From the IMG/VR virus record IMGVR_UViG_3300048856_000062, positions 1 through 43,837 of that record: 43,837 nt of DNA; one strand, written 5' to 3'. Source of the stretch: a virus. Taxonomy: Duplodnaviria; Caudoviricetes. The stretch's first letter is position 1. Every line of letters begins with the position of its first letter. Below are positions 1 through 8,128 of this stretch, one piece after another. The notes under the pieces are model-generated. The model saw nothing but the letters and a program-made list of their open reading frames with translations. It was not told the origin of the DNA and did not search any database. A program made the position numbers and the translations under genes.

Positions 1-792
1 GCCCACCCCGTCGGTCGCCGCGAGGTTGTTCTTGCCGATGTTGAGCACGGCGATCCCGTCGCGGCCCTCGGTGCCGAGGTCGGGCACGAACTCCGTGCCG
101 GCGGGGATGCGCACGGCCAGCCCGTCATCGTCGCGCTCGAAGGTCCAGGCGGTCGCGGGCCCCTCGGTCTTCGAGATCGTCCCCGACGCGGATCCGTAGC
201 CCTCGAAGTGCCCGCTCAGGCGGAACGCGCCCTGGATGCCGACCGGGACGTTCGGCGAGGTCAGGGTCGTCTGCCCCGAGGCGGGGATGTCGACGGCGTC
301 GGTCACGAACGGGCGGGAGCCGAGCTCGGCGAGCATGTGCTCGGCGAGCAGACCGCCCCCGGTGGCGTCGATCAGGGCGGCGTCGTGCCGGCCTGCGAAC
401 TCCCCGAAGTCGGCGGCCATCTCCCGCATGGTCGACGAGCCCACGATCGTGAGCTTCGAGCGGTCGACGGGCTGCACCACGGTGCGGAGACCGGTGGAGA
501 GATCGGTGAACGAGGTGACACCGTCCGTCTCCTCCACCACGACCTGCTCGGGATCCAGCGCCGGGGCGAGGGTCCCCGGTCCGGCAGCCTCGCCCGACTC
601 GGCCGCGGCCTCCTGCAGCCGTGTCGTCGCGAGCTCCGCCTCGAGTCCCGCCACCTCCGCCTGCAGCTGCTGCACGGAGATCAGTCCGGCCACCGTTCCC
701 GCGACGATCCCGGCCACCAGCAGCGCGCTCCCGGCCACCACGGGCCAGCGCCGTCGTCTCCGCCGCAGGAGCAGCAGGTCCAGATCGTTCAT
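1..792 (-). CDS. Host membrane-anchored protein, possibly SGNH/GDSL-like (partial, runs off the left edge)
   Basis: ATG at 792. Starts MNDLDLLLLRRRRRRWPVVAGSALLVAGIVAGTVAGLISV (basic patch plus TM). Later LTIVGSSTM and VLNIGKNN resemble SGNH blocks I and III. Confidence 0.6.
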   Translation of the reverse strand, partial: MNDLDLLLLRRRRRRWPVVAGSALLVAGIVAGTVAGLISVQQLQAEVAGLEAELATTRLQEAAAESGEAAGPGTLAPALDPEQVVVEETDGVTSFTDLSTGLRTVVQPVDRSKLTIVGSSTMREMAADFGEFAGRHDAALIDATGGGLLAEHMLAELGSRPFVTDAVDIPASGQTTLTSPNVPVGIQGAFRLSGHFEGYGSASGTISKTEGPATAWTFERDDDGLAVRIPAGTEFVPDLGTEGRDGIAVLNIGKNNLAATDGVG

Positions 793-833
793 GAGCCTCG
801 AGTCGTCATCTCGCGCGGGCAGGACGGACAGGA

Positions 834-865
834 AGAACCCCGGAGGCGAAGCACTCCGGGGTTCT
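834..865 (-). terminator. Hairpin terminator, originally downstream of host tRNA-Val(CAC)
   Basis: Perfect 12-bp stem AGAACCCCGGAG(834-845)/CTCCGGGGTTCT(854-865) right after the duplicated tRNA 3' end. Confidence 0.7.
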
Positions 866-868
866 GAT

Positions 869-915
869 GTGGGCGATACCGGACTCGAACCGATGACCTC
901 TTCCGTGTGAAGGAA
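869..915. repeat. Prophage att core, left copy (3' half of tRNA-Val)
   Basis: GTGGGCGATACCGGACTCGAACCGATGACCTCTTCCGTGTGAAGGAA is identical to 42056-42102. Confidence 0.97.
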
Positions 916-984
916 CCATAGGGGCTGAAATGTGGTTCTGCATCGTCACACACGGTACATCAAATCCGCATTCTCCCGGGGATG

Positions 985-2175
985 TCACCACACGGCTCGC
1001 AACGCGGTGACATTGGATTGCACACCACTTTGCCCCACGTTTGCCCCACGAGGATCCGGGAGGGCGAACTCGATGTCCGAGATCTCCGGGGGCACGAGGT
1101 GCGCGTAGATCTGCGTCGTCGAGAGACTCGCGTGCCCGAGAAGTTCTGACACCCGCTCGATCTTCACGCCGCCCTGCAGCAGCCAGGAAGCGTACGTGTG
1201 GCGGAGGTCGTGGAGGGTCGGGTTCAGGTCCGACAGTCCCGCCTTCCGGACCGCTGGCTCCCACACGCGCCGGCTGAAGTTCCGGTCATCGAGGGGGCCG
1301 CCCTTGCGCGCCTGGAACACGAGCCCGGAGCGGCAGGCGCCGGTCTTGTGCTGTAGGCCGCAGCTGGGCGCACGGCGTACGTTCACGCGCGACATGACCC
1401 ACGGGAGCACTGGCACCCATCGGCGCTTCCGGTTCTTCGTGTACGGCTTGATCTGGTGACCGTCCCACACGTCGGCGAGGAGCACCTTCTGGTCGTCGTC
1501 GAAGTAGTTGTGGTCGTGGAGTCCGGCCATCTCTCCGAACCGGGCGCCGGTGCCGACGAGGAAGTCGAGGATCGCCTTGTCGTCGTCATCCTCCACGTGC
1601 TCGAGGATCGCGTCGTACTGCGCCGGCGTGAAGTAGACCTTCCTGCTCTCGGGCATGGGCGGCAGCTTGATCCGCAGGGCGGGGTTCGCGTCGATGAGCT
1701 CGGCGTCGACCGCAGCCGACATCGAGGAGACGAACACGTTCAGCACCCGCCGCACGGTCGACGACTTCGGGTAGCGGGGGTCGTCATCGTTCGGCATCCC
1801 CTCAGAGTCGACGGCGATGTTCCGCGCGATCATCTCGTTCGCCCACACCTGCACGTCGTGCCGGCGAATGTCGGCGAGGGGCACGTTCTCCCACTGCGGA
1901 ACGATCCACTTGCTGATCATGCTCTTTTCCGAGGAGTTCGTGGAGAGCTCGATCACCCTCGCGCGCTCCCACTCGGTCCGCCACCGCCCCCAGGTCATGG
2001 CGCCGAGCTTCGGGTCGCGCCAGCCCGGCTTGCGAGCCTCAGCCTCGAGCTGGCCGGCCTCGCGGACAGCGTCGGCTTTCCGGGTGTACTGGTCCGCGGT
2101 GGAGCGCTTCGATCCGTCGAGGAGTCGATACTGGCCGCGGTACTTTCCGGAGGGTAGCTTCTCGGCCCAGGCCAT
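985..2175 (-). CDS. int: Tyrosine integrase
   Basis: Starts MAWAEKLPSGKYRG after a GGAG RBS. Catalytic motifs GARFGE, HDLRH, LLGH and TTQIY. Adjacent to att. Confidence 0.95.
   Translation of the reverse strand: MAWAEKLPSGKYRGQYRLLDGSKRSTADQYTRKADAVREAGQLEAEARKPGWRDPKLGAMTWGRWRTEWERARVIELSTNSSEKSMISKWIVPQWENVPLADIRRHDVQVWANEMIARNIAVDSEGMPNDDDPRYPKSSTVRRVLNVFVSSMSAAVDAELIDANPALRIKLPPMPESRKVYFTPAQYDAILEHVEDDDDKAILDFLVGTGARFGEMAGLHDHNYFDDDQKVLLADVWDGHQIKPYTKNRKRRWVPVLPWVMSRVNVRRAPSCGLQHKTGACRSGLVFQARKGGPLDDRNFSRRVWEPAVRKAGLSDLNPTLHDLRHTYASWLLQGGVKIERVSELLGHASLSTTQIYAHLVPPEISDIEFALPDPRGANVGQSGVQSNVTALRAVW
1029..1050 (+). repeat. Putative integrase arm-type sites (left pair)
   Basis: Tandem TTTGCCCCACG x2, with a matching pair at 41974-41995. 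Confidence 0.7.
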
Positions 2176-2183
2176 GAGTTCTC

Positions 2184-2558
2184 CTATGCGTGTTGGGGGA
2201 GTGCGAGATAGGTCTCGAGCATGTGTGGGGTGACCTCGAGTTCGAGGCACCACTGACCCTTGTCGTGGTGGACGCGGGCGATGTCGGCGAGCTGCGACGG
2301 AGCGATGAGCTTCCGTGCGGCCCACCGGTCAGCGAGGAACTCGTTGCGGGAGTTCGATTCACGGTGGCCGAGGCAGACGTGGCCGAGTTCGTGCGCGAGG
2401 ATGCTGCGCTCGTGGAGCGCGCGCATGCCCGTCTTGAGGATGATGGTGCGCTGCTCCGGTATCCAGAGGCCATGCGTGCTGCGGAGACGGCCGTAGACGA
2501 TGTCGATGCCGAGGCGATCGGCGTGCTCGAACGGGTCGTACGCTCCGCTGCTGGTCAT
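2184..2558 (-). CDS. ImmA/IrrE-family metallopeptidase (anti-repressor)
   Basis: ERSILAHELGH (HExxH) and downstream EFLADRWAA. Overlaps the repressor stop codon. Confidence 0.88.
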   Translation of the reverse strand: MTSSGAYDPFEHADRLGIDIVYGRLRSTHGLWIPEQRTIILKTGMRALHERSILAHELGHVCLGHRESNSRNEFLADRWAARKLIAPSQLADIARVHHDKGQWCLELEVTPHMLETYLALPQHA

Positions 2559-3061
2559 TGGGTCTCCGGGTCGATCCTGTCTGCGCTCTCATCGGTGCCG
2601 GCAGCGAGGTCGTACCGGGCCCCGAGCTCCTGCTCGTCGAGCTTGCTGAGATCTTCACGGCTACCACTGACACCCGTCGATTTGGCGGCCTCCGCTTCGC
2701 GGATGACCTTCTCGACGAGCTCGGGGTCTGCGGGCTCCTCGATGTCCTTCGTTGCAGACCCCTCGGTGACGCGGCGGAGCATCTCGGTGGAGAGCTCGAT
2801 GTCGCTGTACGCCTTCAGCTGCTTCGCGGCGCTGAACTCGCGCGCCTCTTCCTCGGTAAGGAAGCCGGCCTTCACGAAGACGGGTGCCATCTCGACGCCG
2901 TAAGTCCGGCAGATGGCGACGACGGTCTGGACTCGCAGGTCGGAGATGCCGGTGAGCTGACGGTTCAGCGTCGACTGGTCGAGGCCGGTGGTCTTCGCTA
3001 TCGCTCGGACGCTCTTCTCGCCGGTAAGAGTGAGCCAGTAGTCGGTGGTGGTTTCGTTCAC
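2555..3061 (-). CDS. Immunity repressor, XRE-type HTH
   Basis: SVRAIAKTTGLDQSTLNRQL HTH; divergent from the Cro-like gene. GTG at 3061 chosen from promoter geometry. Confidence 0.8.
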   Translation of the reverse strand: MNETTTDYWLTLTGEKSVRAIAKTTGLDQSTLNRQLTGISDLRVQTVVAICRTYGVEMAPVFVKAGFLTEEEAREFSAAKQLKAYSDIELSTEMLRRVTEGSATKDIEEPADPELVEKVIREAEAAKSTGVSGSREDLSKLDEQELGARYDLAAGTDESADRIDPETQ

Positions 3062-3068
3062 GGACTTC

Positions 3069-3097
3069 ACTTTGTAGCACTTTTGCCACAACGTCAA
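3069..3097 (-). promoter_or_regulatory. Putative leaderless repressor promoter with overlapping palindrome
   Basis: TTGACG-17-CAAAGT, then 7 nt to GTG. Palindrome TTGTAGCA-N4-TGCCACAA at 3072-3091. Confidence 0.55.
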
Positions 3098-3161
3098 GTC
3101 TGACACCCGCATTATCTCGGCAGTTCACGAAGTATTTCTACGCCAACTGAATCAGAACCGA

Positions 3162-3208
3162 TTCACATCTCGTCCACCGTGAGTTATTGTTGCTTCACCC
3201 TGAGGCAA
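3162..3208 (+). promoter_or_regulatory. Putative early lytic promoter and operator
   Basis: TTCACA(3162-3167)-17-TATTGT(3185-3190). Palindrome TTGCTTCA-N3-TGAGGCAA at 3190-3208. Confidence 0.6.
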
Positions 3209-3233
3209 TAACGACACACAAGGAGGCGTGAAC

Positions 3234-3479
3234 GTGGCAGTTCTTCGCATCAAGCCAGGCCTTCTCGCTCGACTCCGCGAGACCCGCAAGATCGCATCGG
3301 AAGACGCTCAGGCCCGGATGATCGGCGTGGACCGTTCGACCCTCCGACGCGTCGACAACGGCGCCCAGCCGTCCGGCGCATTCATGGCCGGCCTCTGCGC
3401 ATCCTTCGGCCTCGGCCTCGGCGAAGCGTTCGAGGTCGTCCCCGACAGCGCGGTCCGCAGCGAGAGGGTCGCGGCATGA
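3234..3479 (+). CDS. Cro-like HTH protein
   Basis: AAGGAGG RBS; ARMIGVDRSTLRRV HTH; first rightward gene. Confidence 0.8.
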   Translation: MAVLRIKPGLLARLRETRKIASEDAQARMIGVDRSTLRRVDNGAQPSGAFMAGLCASFGLGLGEAFEVVPDSAVRSERVAA

Positions 3480-3700
3480 GCGCCCGGCTGCAGGTCGACG
3501 AGATCGCCGAGTACGCACGCCGTCACCCGGGCACGATCCGTCGGCTTCTCGAATCCGGAGAGCTGCACGGCAGCCAGCCGGTGAAGGGCGGTCGCTGGTC
3601 GGCGCGCGAGGAGTGCATCGACGCGTACCTCGACGGGGTGCCGTGTCCGCACCGCGAGTCCTCGAACGTGACCCCGATCGGGCGTCAGCGAACGGCGTAG
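3476..3700 (+). CDS. Excisionase-like HTH DNA-binding protein
   Basis: LQVDEIAEYARRHPGTIRRLLESGELHG...GRW pattern; ATGA overlap with the Cro-like gene. Confidence 0.75.
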   Translation: MSARLQVDEIAEYARRHPGTIRRLLESGELHGSQPVKGGRWSAREECIDAYLDGVPCPHRESSNVTPIGRQRTA

Positions 3701-3854
3701 CCCGCCACCCCACAGACCGGGCGGAGTGACCGTCGGACCGGGACCACCCGGGAGCACCACGAGATGCACGGCCTCCGCCCAACCCCCACAGACCGCCGCG
3801 CCCACATCCCCCCACCCGTGGGCGCGGCCCCCACTTCAGAGAGAAGAGATCACC

Positions 3855-4220
3855 ATGGCCACCTTCGAGTGCCACGAGCACCGCGTCTACATGGTCGCCC
3901 CCGCCGGCGACCTCGAGGGCTTCGATGCCCGCGTTGAGGAGCACGAAGAGCTGCACCGCCAGGAGCTCGCCGAGATCACCACCCAGAATGCGCAGCACGC
4001 GCTCTGGGTCGCGGGCGGCGACTGGAACCTGGGCCTCGAACCCGGATCGTTCACCACCCACCTCATCCGCGCGATCATGCACGCCGACCTCCTCAACCGG
4101 GCGCTCGTCGCCCAGGCCTTCCCCGGCCTCGTCCGGGCCGTCGTGTGGTCGCTCGGCACGACCGAGCAGATCGAGACGCTGCGGACGCTCGTGAAAGACC
4201 GCACCGGGGTGACGGTCTGA
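3855..4220 (+). CDS. Phage hypothetical protein
   Basis: Purine-rich RBS, ATG at 3855, high-GC3 codons. Confidence 0.7.
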   Translation: MATFECHEHRVYMVAPAGDLEGFDARVEEHEELHRQELAEITTQNAQHALWVAGGDWNLGLEPGSFTTHLIRAIMHADLLNRALVAQAFPGLVRAVVWSLGTTEQIETLRTLVKDRTGVTV

Positions 4221-4318
4221 TGCGCCGGCAGACGTTCGCGCGGCTGCCCTGGTGGCGCCGCCTCGCCGGGCCCCGGCTCACCGCCCGCCTCGTCCGGGCG
4301 ATGCGAGGTGCATCGTGA
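4220..4318 (+). CDS. Small basic peptide, 32 aa (MRRQTFARLPWWRRLAGPRLTARLVRAMRGAS)
   Basis: TGATG overlap upstream and GTGA overlap downstream; fills the operon gap exactly. Confidence 0.5.
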   Translation: MRRQTFARLPWWRRLAGPRLTARLVRAMRGAS

Positions 4319-4479
4319 TCGGCGACATCGCGGCCGGCGTGTTCGTCGCCTCCGTCGTGCTCGTGGTCTTCACCGCGGCGGTGTTCGAGAACGGCGTCTG
4401 GATCATCTTCGCCGTGCTCGTGCTCGCTTCGGCGATCATCTGGTTTGCGGTCGACGCGCGGACGGGGGAGCGGCGGTGA
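4315..4479 (+). CDS. Small two-TM membrane protein
   Basis: Two hydrophobic stretches; start and stop coupled to neighbours. Confidence 0.65.
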   Translation: MIGDIAAGVFVASVVLVVFTAAVFENGVWIIFAVLVLASAIIWFAVDARTGERR

Positions 4480-4769
4480 CCGAGGTGGAGACGTCGGGCG
4501 ACGTCGAGATCCTCGAGCACTTGGACTTCACCCCGGAGTTTCGATGCGAGTGCAAGCCGACGGCCGACGGGCAGGTGTGCGGGAGGACCGCCGAGTGGGT
4601 GTGCCGCTGCACCGCCTGCGGTTTCGCGTTCCTGTACTGCACGAAGTGCAAGGCGGTGGCGCAGCGCTTCCTCGAGGCCGGGTGGTCCATCCGCTGCCGA
4701 CCGTGCGGAGCGACGACGAAGGCACCGAGGTTGCAGGTCGAGTGGATCCCTCTGGGGGCGCGCTCATGA
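4476..4769 (+). CDS. Cys-rich putative Zn-binding protein
   Basis: Several CxC/CxxC pairs; GTGA overlap. Confidence 0.65.
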   Translation: MTEVETSGDVEILEHLDFTPEFRCECKPTADGQVCGRTAEWVCRCTACGFAFLYCTKCKAVAQRFLEAGWSIRCRPCGATTKAPRLQVEWIPLGARS

Positions 4770-5209
4770 TCACCGAGCTCGTCACGTTCTGGGTCGAGGG
4801 TGTGCCTCAGCCCCAGGGCTCCAAGACCGGGTTCGTGGCCGGTGGCCGCGCGGTCGTCGTCGACAAGAACCCCAAGATGCTGAAGCCGTGGCGGGCGCTC
4901 GTCTCCGCGACGGCCGCGAACGAGATGGTCTTCCGCGAGGCCGCCGAGGGCGCCCTCGTGGTGCGGCTCGAGTTCCGGTTCGTCCGGCCGGCCTCGGTGA
5001 AGGCCGAGAAGCGGCCGTGGCCCTCGGTGCGGCCGGACATCGACAAGCTCGCCCGCTCGGTCCTCGACTCGCTGAAGACGGGCGGGGTCTACAAGGACGA
5101 CGCGCAGGTCGTGGACCTCGCGGCGACCAAGGTCTACGCCGACGTGCCAGGAGTGCGCGTGCGGGTGGGCCGCATGGAGAAACACACGACAGAGAAGAGA
5201 GAGCAATGA
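4766..5209 (+). CDS. rusA: RusA-family Holliday junction resolvase
   Basis: PQPQGSK, RPDIDKLARSVLDSL and DDAQV motifs. Confidence 0.9.
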   Translation: MITELVTFWVEGVPQPQGSKTGFVAGGRAVVVDKNPKMLKPWRALVSATAANEMVFREAAEGALVVRLEFRFVRPASVKAEKRPWPSVRPDIDKLARSVLDSLKTGGVYKDDAQVVDLAATKVYADVPGVRVRVGRMEKHTTEKREQ

Positions 5210-5541
5210 CCGAGATCGACTACGACGACTTCGAGATCAAGCCGACGTCGTTCGCCCGAGGAGTCCCGAAGGAGCGCCACAACGGCTTCTTCGGCATCGA
5301 GGAGAAGCTCGTCGACGAGGAGGTGGGCACGCAGTTCACCGCGGTGGTGACGTTCCGCCTGGACGACGTGATCTCCAAGCGCGGCGCCGGCGTGCAGTAC
5401 CCGGTGATCGCGATCGACCACATCGAGCCGGTGTGGGACGAGGGGCAGCTGAAGGCGGCGAAGGCCGTGCAGATCGCGGAGTACCAGCGGCGCACGGGCA
5501 AGGACACGCTCGACTTCGACGTCGAGGAGGAGAGCGAGTGA
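5206..5541 (+). CDS. Phage hypothetical protein
   Basis: ATGA-coupled, starts MTEIDYDDF, high GC3. Confidence 0.7.
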   Translation: MTEIDYDDFEIKPTSFARGVPKERHNGFFGIEEKLVDEEVGTQFTAVVTFRLDDVISKRGAGVQYPVIAIDHIEPVWDEGQLKAAKAVQIAEYQRRTGKDTLDFDVEEESE

Positions 5542-6557
5542 CGACCTCGACTCTGACCGCACTCGACGTCCTCGAGGAGCGCGCCGGCGCATCCGACCAG
5601 GACCGGGACGCGTGGCTCGCCGAGCGCCGCCAGGGCGTGACCGCCACGGAGATCCGCGATCTCTACCTGAAGAAGATCAGCGCCCGCGAGCTCATCGACC
5701 GGAAGCTCGGCCGCATCCCGGAGATCGGCGATCTGTCCTACGTGCCCGTGATCGGGTGGGGCAAGCACCGCGAGCCCATCATCGCCGCGATCATCCAGGA
5801 GCGGTACGGGCTCCGCCCCGAGACGCGCGTCTTCCGCGCCACCGACAACCCGCGCTACCTGGCCTCACCGGACGGTGTCGGCGCGAACTTCGACGACGAG
5901 CTCATCGTGGCCGAGATCAAGACCGCCGGCCACGACGTCTCGATCGGCACCACCGCCTACGCCGACAAGGGCTACCAGATCCAGCAGCTCTGGGTGATGC
6001 GCGTGACCGGCGCCCGCCGCTCCCTCTACGCCTGGGAGGAGCGCCTCGAGGTCGCGCCGAACACGTTCGAGGCGGGAGAGCTGCGCTTCGGGTGGGTGGA
6101 GTACGACGAGAAGCTCGTGGCGAAGCTCGAGCGCGTCGCCGACCGGTTCCTGGCCGACCTCGACAAGGCGGCCGCGGGGCCGTACGAGGCTCCGGAGATC
6201 GACGACGAGCTCGACACCCTGGCCGTGAACTACCTGCGGTTCCTCGGCGAGGAGACGGCCGCGACCGAGGCGAAGAAGAACGCGTGGGCGGGCATCCTCG
6301 CCAAGGCGAAGTCCCAGACCGGGCAGACCGCGCGGGTGACGTTCACGCCCGCGTCGACGGTCGAGTCCGACGTCGAGTCGATCGACTACGACGCGGCCCG
6401 CGCGGCCGACGCTGCCCTGTTCGAGCAGATGAACGAGATCAACCAGCGGTGGAGCGACCACTGCGAGCAGTTCAAGACGACGGCCACGGTGACGACGACG
6501 CGCAAGGCGTCGCTGCGCGTGACCGCGGTGAAGGTGAAGGAGCCGGCCGATGGCTGA
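5538..6557 (+). CDS. YqaJ/lambda-exonuclease-like recombination nuclease
   Basis: WLAERRQGVTATEI, ASPDG, EIKT and YQIQQLWVM motifs (PD-(D/E)xK). Confidence 0.88.
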   Translation: MTTSTLTALDVLEERAGASDQDRDAWLAERRQGVTATEIRDLYLKKISARELIDRKLGRIPEIGDLSYVPVIGWGKHREPIIAAIIQERYGLRPETRVFRATDNPRYLASPDGVGANFDDELIVAEIKTAGHDVSIGTTAYADKGYQIQQLWVMRVTGARRSLYAWEERLEVAPNTFEAGELRFGWVEYDEKLVAKLERVADRFLADLDKAAAGPYEAPEIDDELDTLAVNYLRFLGEETAATEAKKNAWAGILAKAKSQTGQTARVTFTPASTVESDVESIDYDAARAADAALFEQMNEINQRWSDHCEQFKTTATVTTTRKASLRVTAVKVKEPADG

Positions 6558-7377
6558 CACGAAGAAGCACGAGAACCTCGCGGCCGCACTGGCCGCATTC
6601 CAGACCGAAATCCCCACGGTGGTGAAGGGCGCCACGGCGAAGGTGAAGACCAAGAGCGGCGCCGACTATCAGTACTCCTACGCGGACCTCGCGGTGATCA
6701 CTCCGCTCGTGCTGCCCTTGCTGGGCAAGAACGGGCTCGCGTGGTCGTCGCAGCCGACGCTGATGGGCGATCACTTCGTCCTGCACTACTCGCTCTCCCA
6801 CGAGTCCGGCGAGCAGATCGAGGGCGTCTACCCGCTGCCGTCGCCGAACACACCGCCGCAGGAGCTCGGCTCGGCCATCACCTACGCCCGCCGCTACGCG
6901 CTCTGCGCCGTGACCGGTGTCGCACCCGGTGGCGATGACGACGACGCCCAGTCGGCTCCTGCTGCCCCTGTCCGCCAGCAGCGTGCACGGCGAGCCCCCG
7001 AGCCCACCCCGGCGCCCGCTCCCGTGCCTGTCGCGGAGAAGGACTGGGCGGCCGAGATCGGTTCGGCGCAGATCGTCTCCGACCTCCGCGCCGTGCACGC
7101 CGCGGCCGAGCAGGAAGGCCAGCTGGGCTTCGCATTGAACCCGCAGCACCGCGGCACCTTGAACGCGGTCGTCGAGCGGCTGCAGATGCCGGTGCCGCCC
7201 GCTGACGCCGTGGTGACCGTGGGGCAGCTCATCAACCTCGTGAAGCCCACCCTGCCCGCCGAGGCCCCCACCGACGAGCCCCCGGCGCAGCCTGCCGGTG
7301 AGCCGGCGGCGGACTGGGCGGTCGCCGAGATCCCCACCGGTGACGCTCCCGCGCCCTCCGGCGAAGAACCGTTCTGA
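6550..7377 (+). CDS. erf: ERF-family single-strand annealing protein
   Basis: YSYADL and ELGSAITYARRYAL ERF signature. Confidence 0.88.
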   Translation: MADTKKHENLAAALAAFQTEIPTVVKGATAKVKTKSGADYQYSYADLAVITPLVLPLLGKNGLAWSSQPTLMGDHFVLHYSLSHESGEQIEGVYPLPSPNTPPQELGSAITYARRYALCAVTGVAPGGDDDDAQSAPAAPVRQQRARRAPEPTPAPAPVPVAEKDWAAEIGSAQIVSDLRAVHAAAEQEGQLGFALNPQHRGTLNAVVERLQMPVPPADAVVTVGQLINLVKPTLPAEAPTDEPPAQPAGEPAADWAVAEIPTGDAPAPSGEEPF

Positions 7378-7379
7378 GC

Positions 7380-7862
7380 ATGAGCGGCCAGGAGATCCCA
7401 CCAGCGCTTCGCGAGGTGCTGCGAGGCATCGGACTCGACGAGCCCGACCTCGAGGTGCCGCTGCACGCGAAGCTCATCAACACGCTGCACCGGCTCGGGC
7501 CGGCCGCGACGAAGGGGCAGCGGTTGACCGCTCTCCGTTTCGACTTCGCGTGGGAGCTCGAGGAGGCCGGGCGGGTGTTCGCGAGGGCGAAGACCGACTA
7601 CGAGGCCTACGTGGACCGCAAGACGGTGAAGCTCCGCGCGGAGGGCGAGAAGATCACCCGCGCCGAGGCCGAGCAGATCGCCCGCGCCGACGACCGGGCC
7701 TACGAGCTGAAGCTCACCTACCTCATGGCCGAGCAGCGGGAGCGGGCCATGCGCAATTTCCTGTCGACGATCCAGTCGGCGCAGGACGACGCACGAACTG
7801 ACAGAGCAGACGCGCGAGCGGGGAACCTCGCTCACGCGCACGGACACGACGGAGGTGCCTGA
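7380..7862 (+). CDS. Helical hypothetical protein, possible recombination mediator
   Basis: Coiled, charged sequence directly after erf. Confidence 0.65.
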   Translation: MSGQEIPPALREVLRGIGLDEPDLEVPLHAKLINTLHRLGPAATKGQRLTALRFDFAWELEEAGRVFARAKTDYEAYVDRKTVKLRAEGEKITRAEAEQIARADDRAYELKLTYLMAEQRERAMRNFLSTIQSAQDDARTDRADARAGNLAHAHGHDGGA

Positions 7863-8128
7863 TGACGGCACAACTCAAGGGGATCACGGACGTGGTCGCC
7901 TACATCGACAAGACGATCGACAACCTCGACCCCGAGAGGGTGCACGCGCTCGTGTGGCGCAACGACGAGGTGATGGAGATGCTCGGCGAGATCCGTGCCG
8001 GTGTCCTCGCGCAGGACGTCACATGGGCCGAGGTCACGATCTCTGAGGCGATCGCCGAACGCGACCGGGCCCGCAGCCTCGCGGTGCGCCTCGAGCAGGA
8101 ACTCGCGCAGAGGGAGGTGACCCGGTGA
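7862..8128 (+). CDS. Phage hypothetical protein
   Basis: GGAGG RBS; TGATG coupling. Confidence 0.7.
   Translation: MTAQLKGITDVVAYIDKTIDNLDPERVHALVWRNDEVMEMLGEIRAGVLAQDVTWAEVTISEAIAERDRARSLAVRLEQELAQREVTR

Noticed and set aside
208-910. Plus-strand ORFs 208-867 and 236-910
   Set aside because: Shadows of the minus-strand gene; Arg/Ser/Pro-rich composition typical of off-frame GC-rich DNA.
869-915. Second tRNA-Val gene
   Set aside because: Only the 3' 47 nt are present, with no D-arm or 5' acceptor strand. It is the att duplicate.
869-3061. Integration-dependent immunity (attP inside the repressor gene)
   Set aside because: att lies downstream of int, and the repressor ORF is intact and more than 1.6 kb away.
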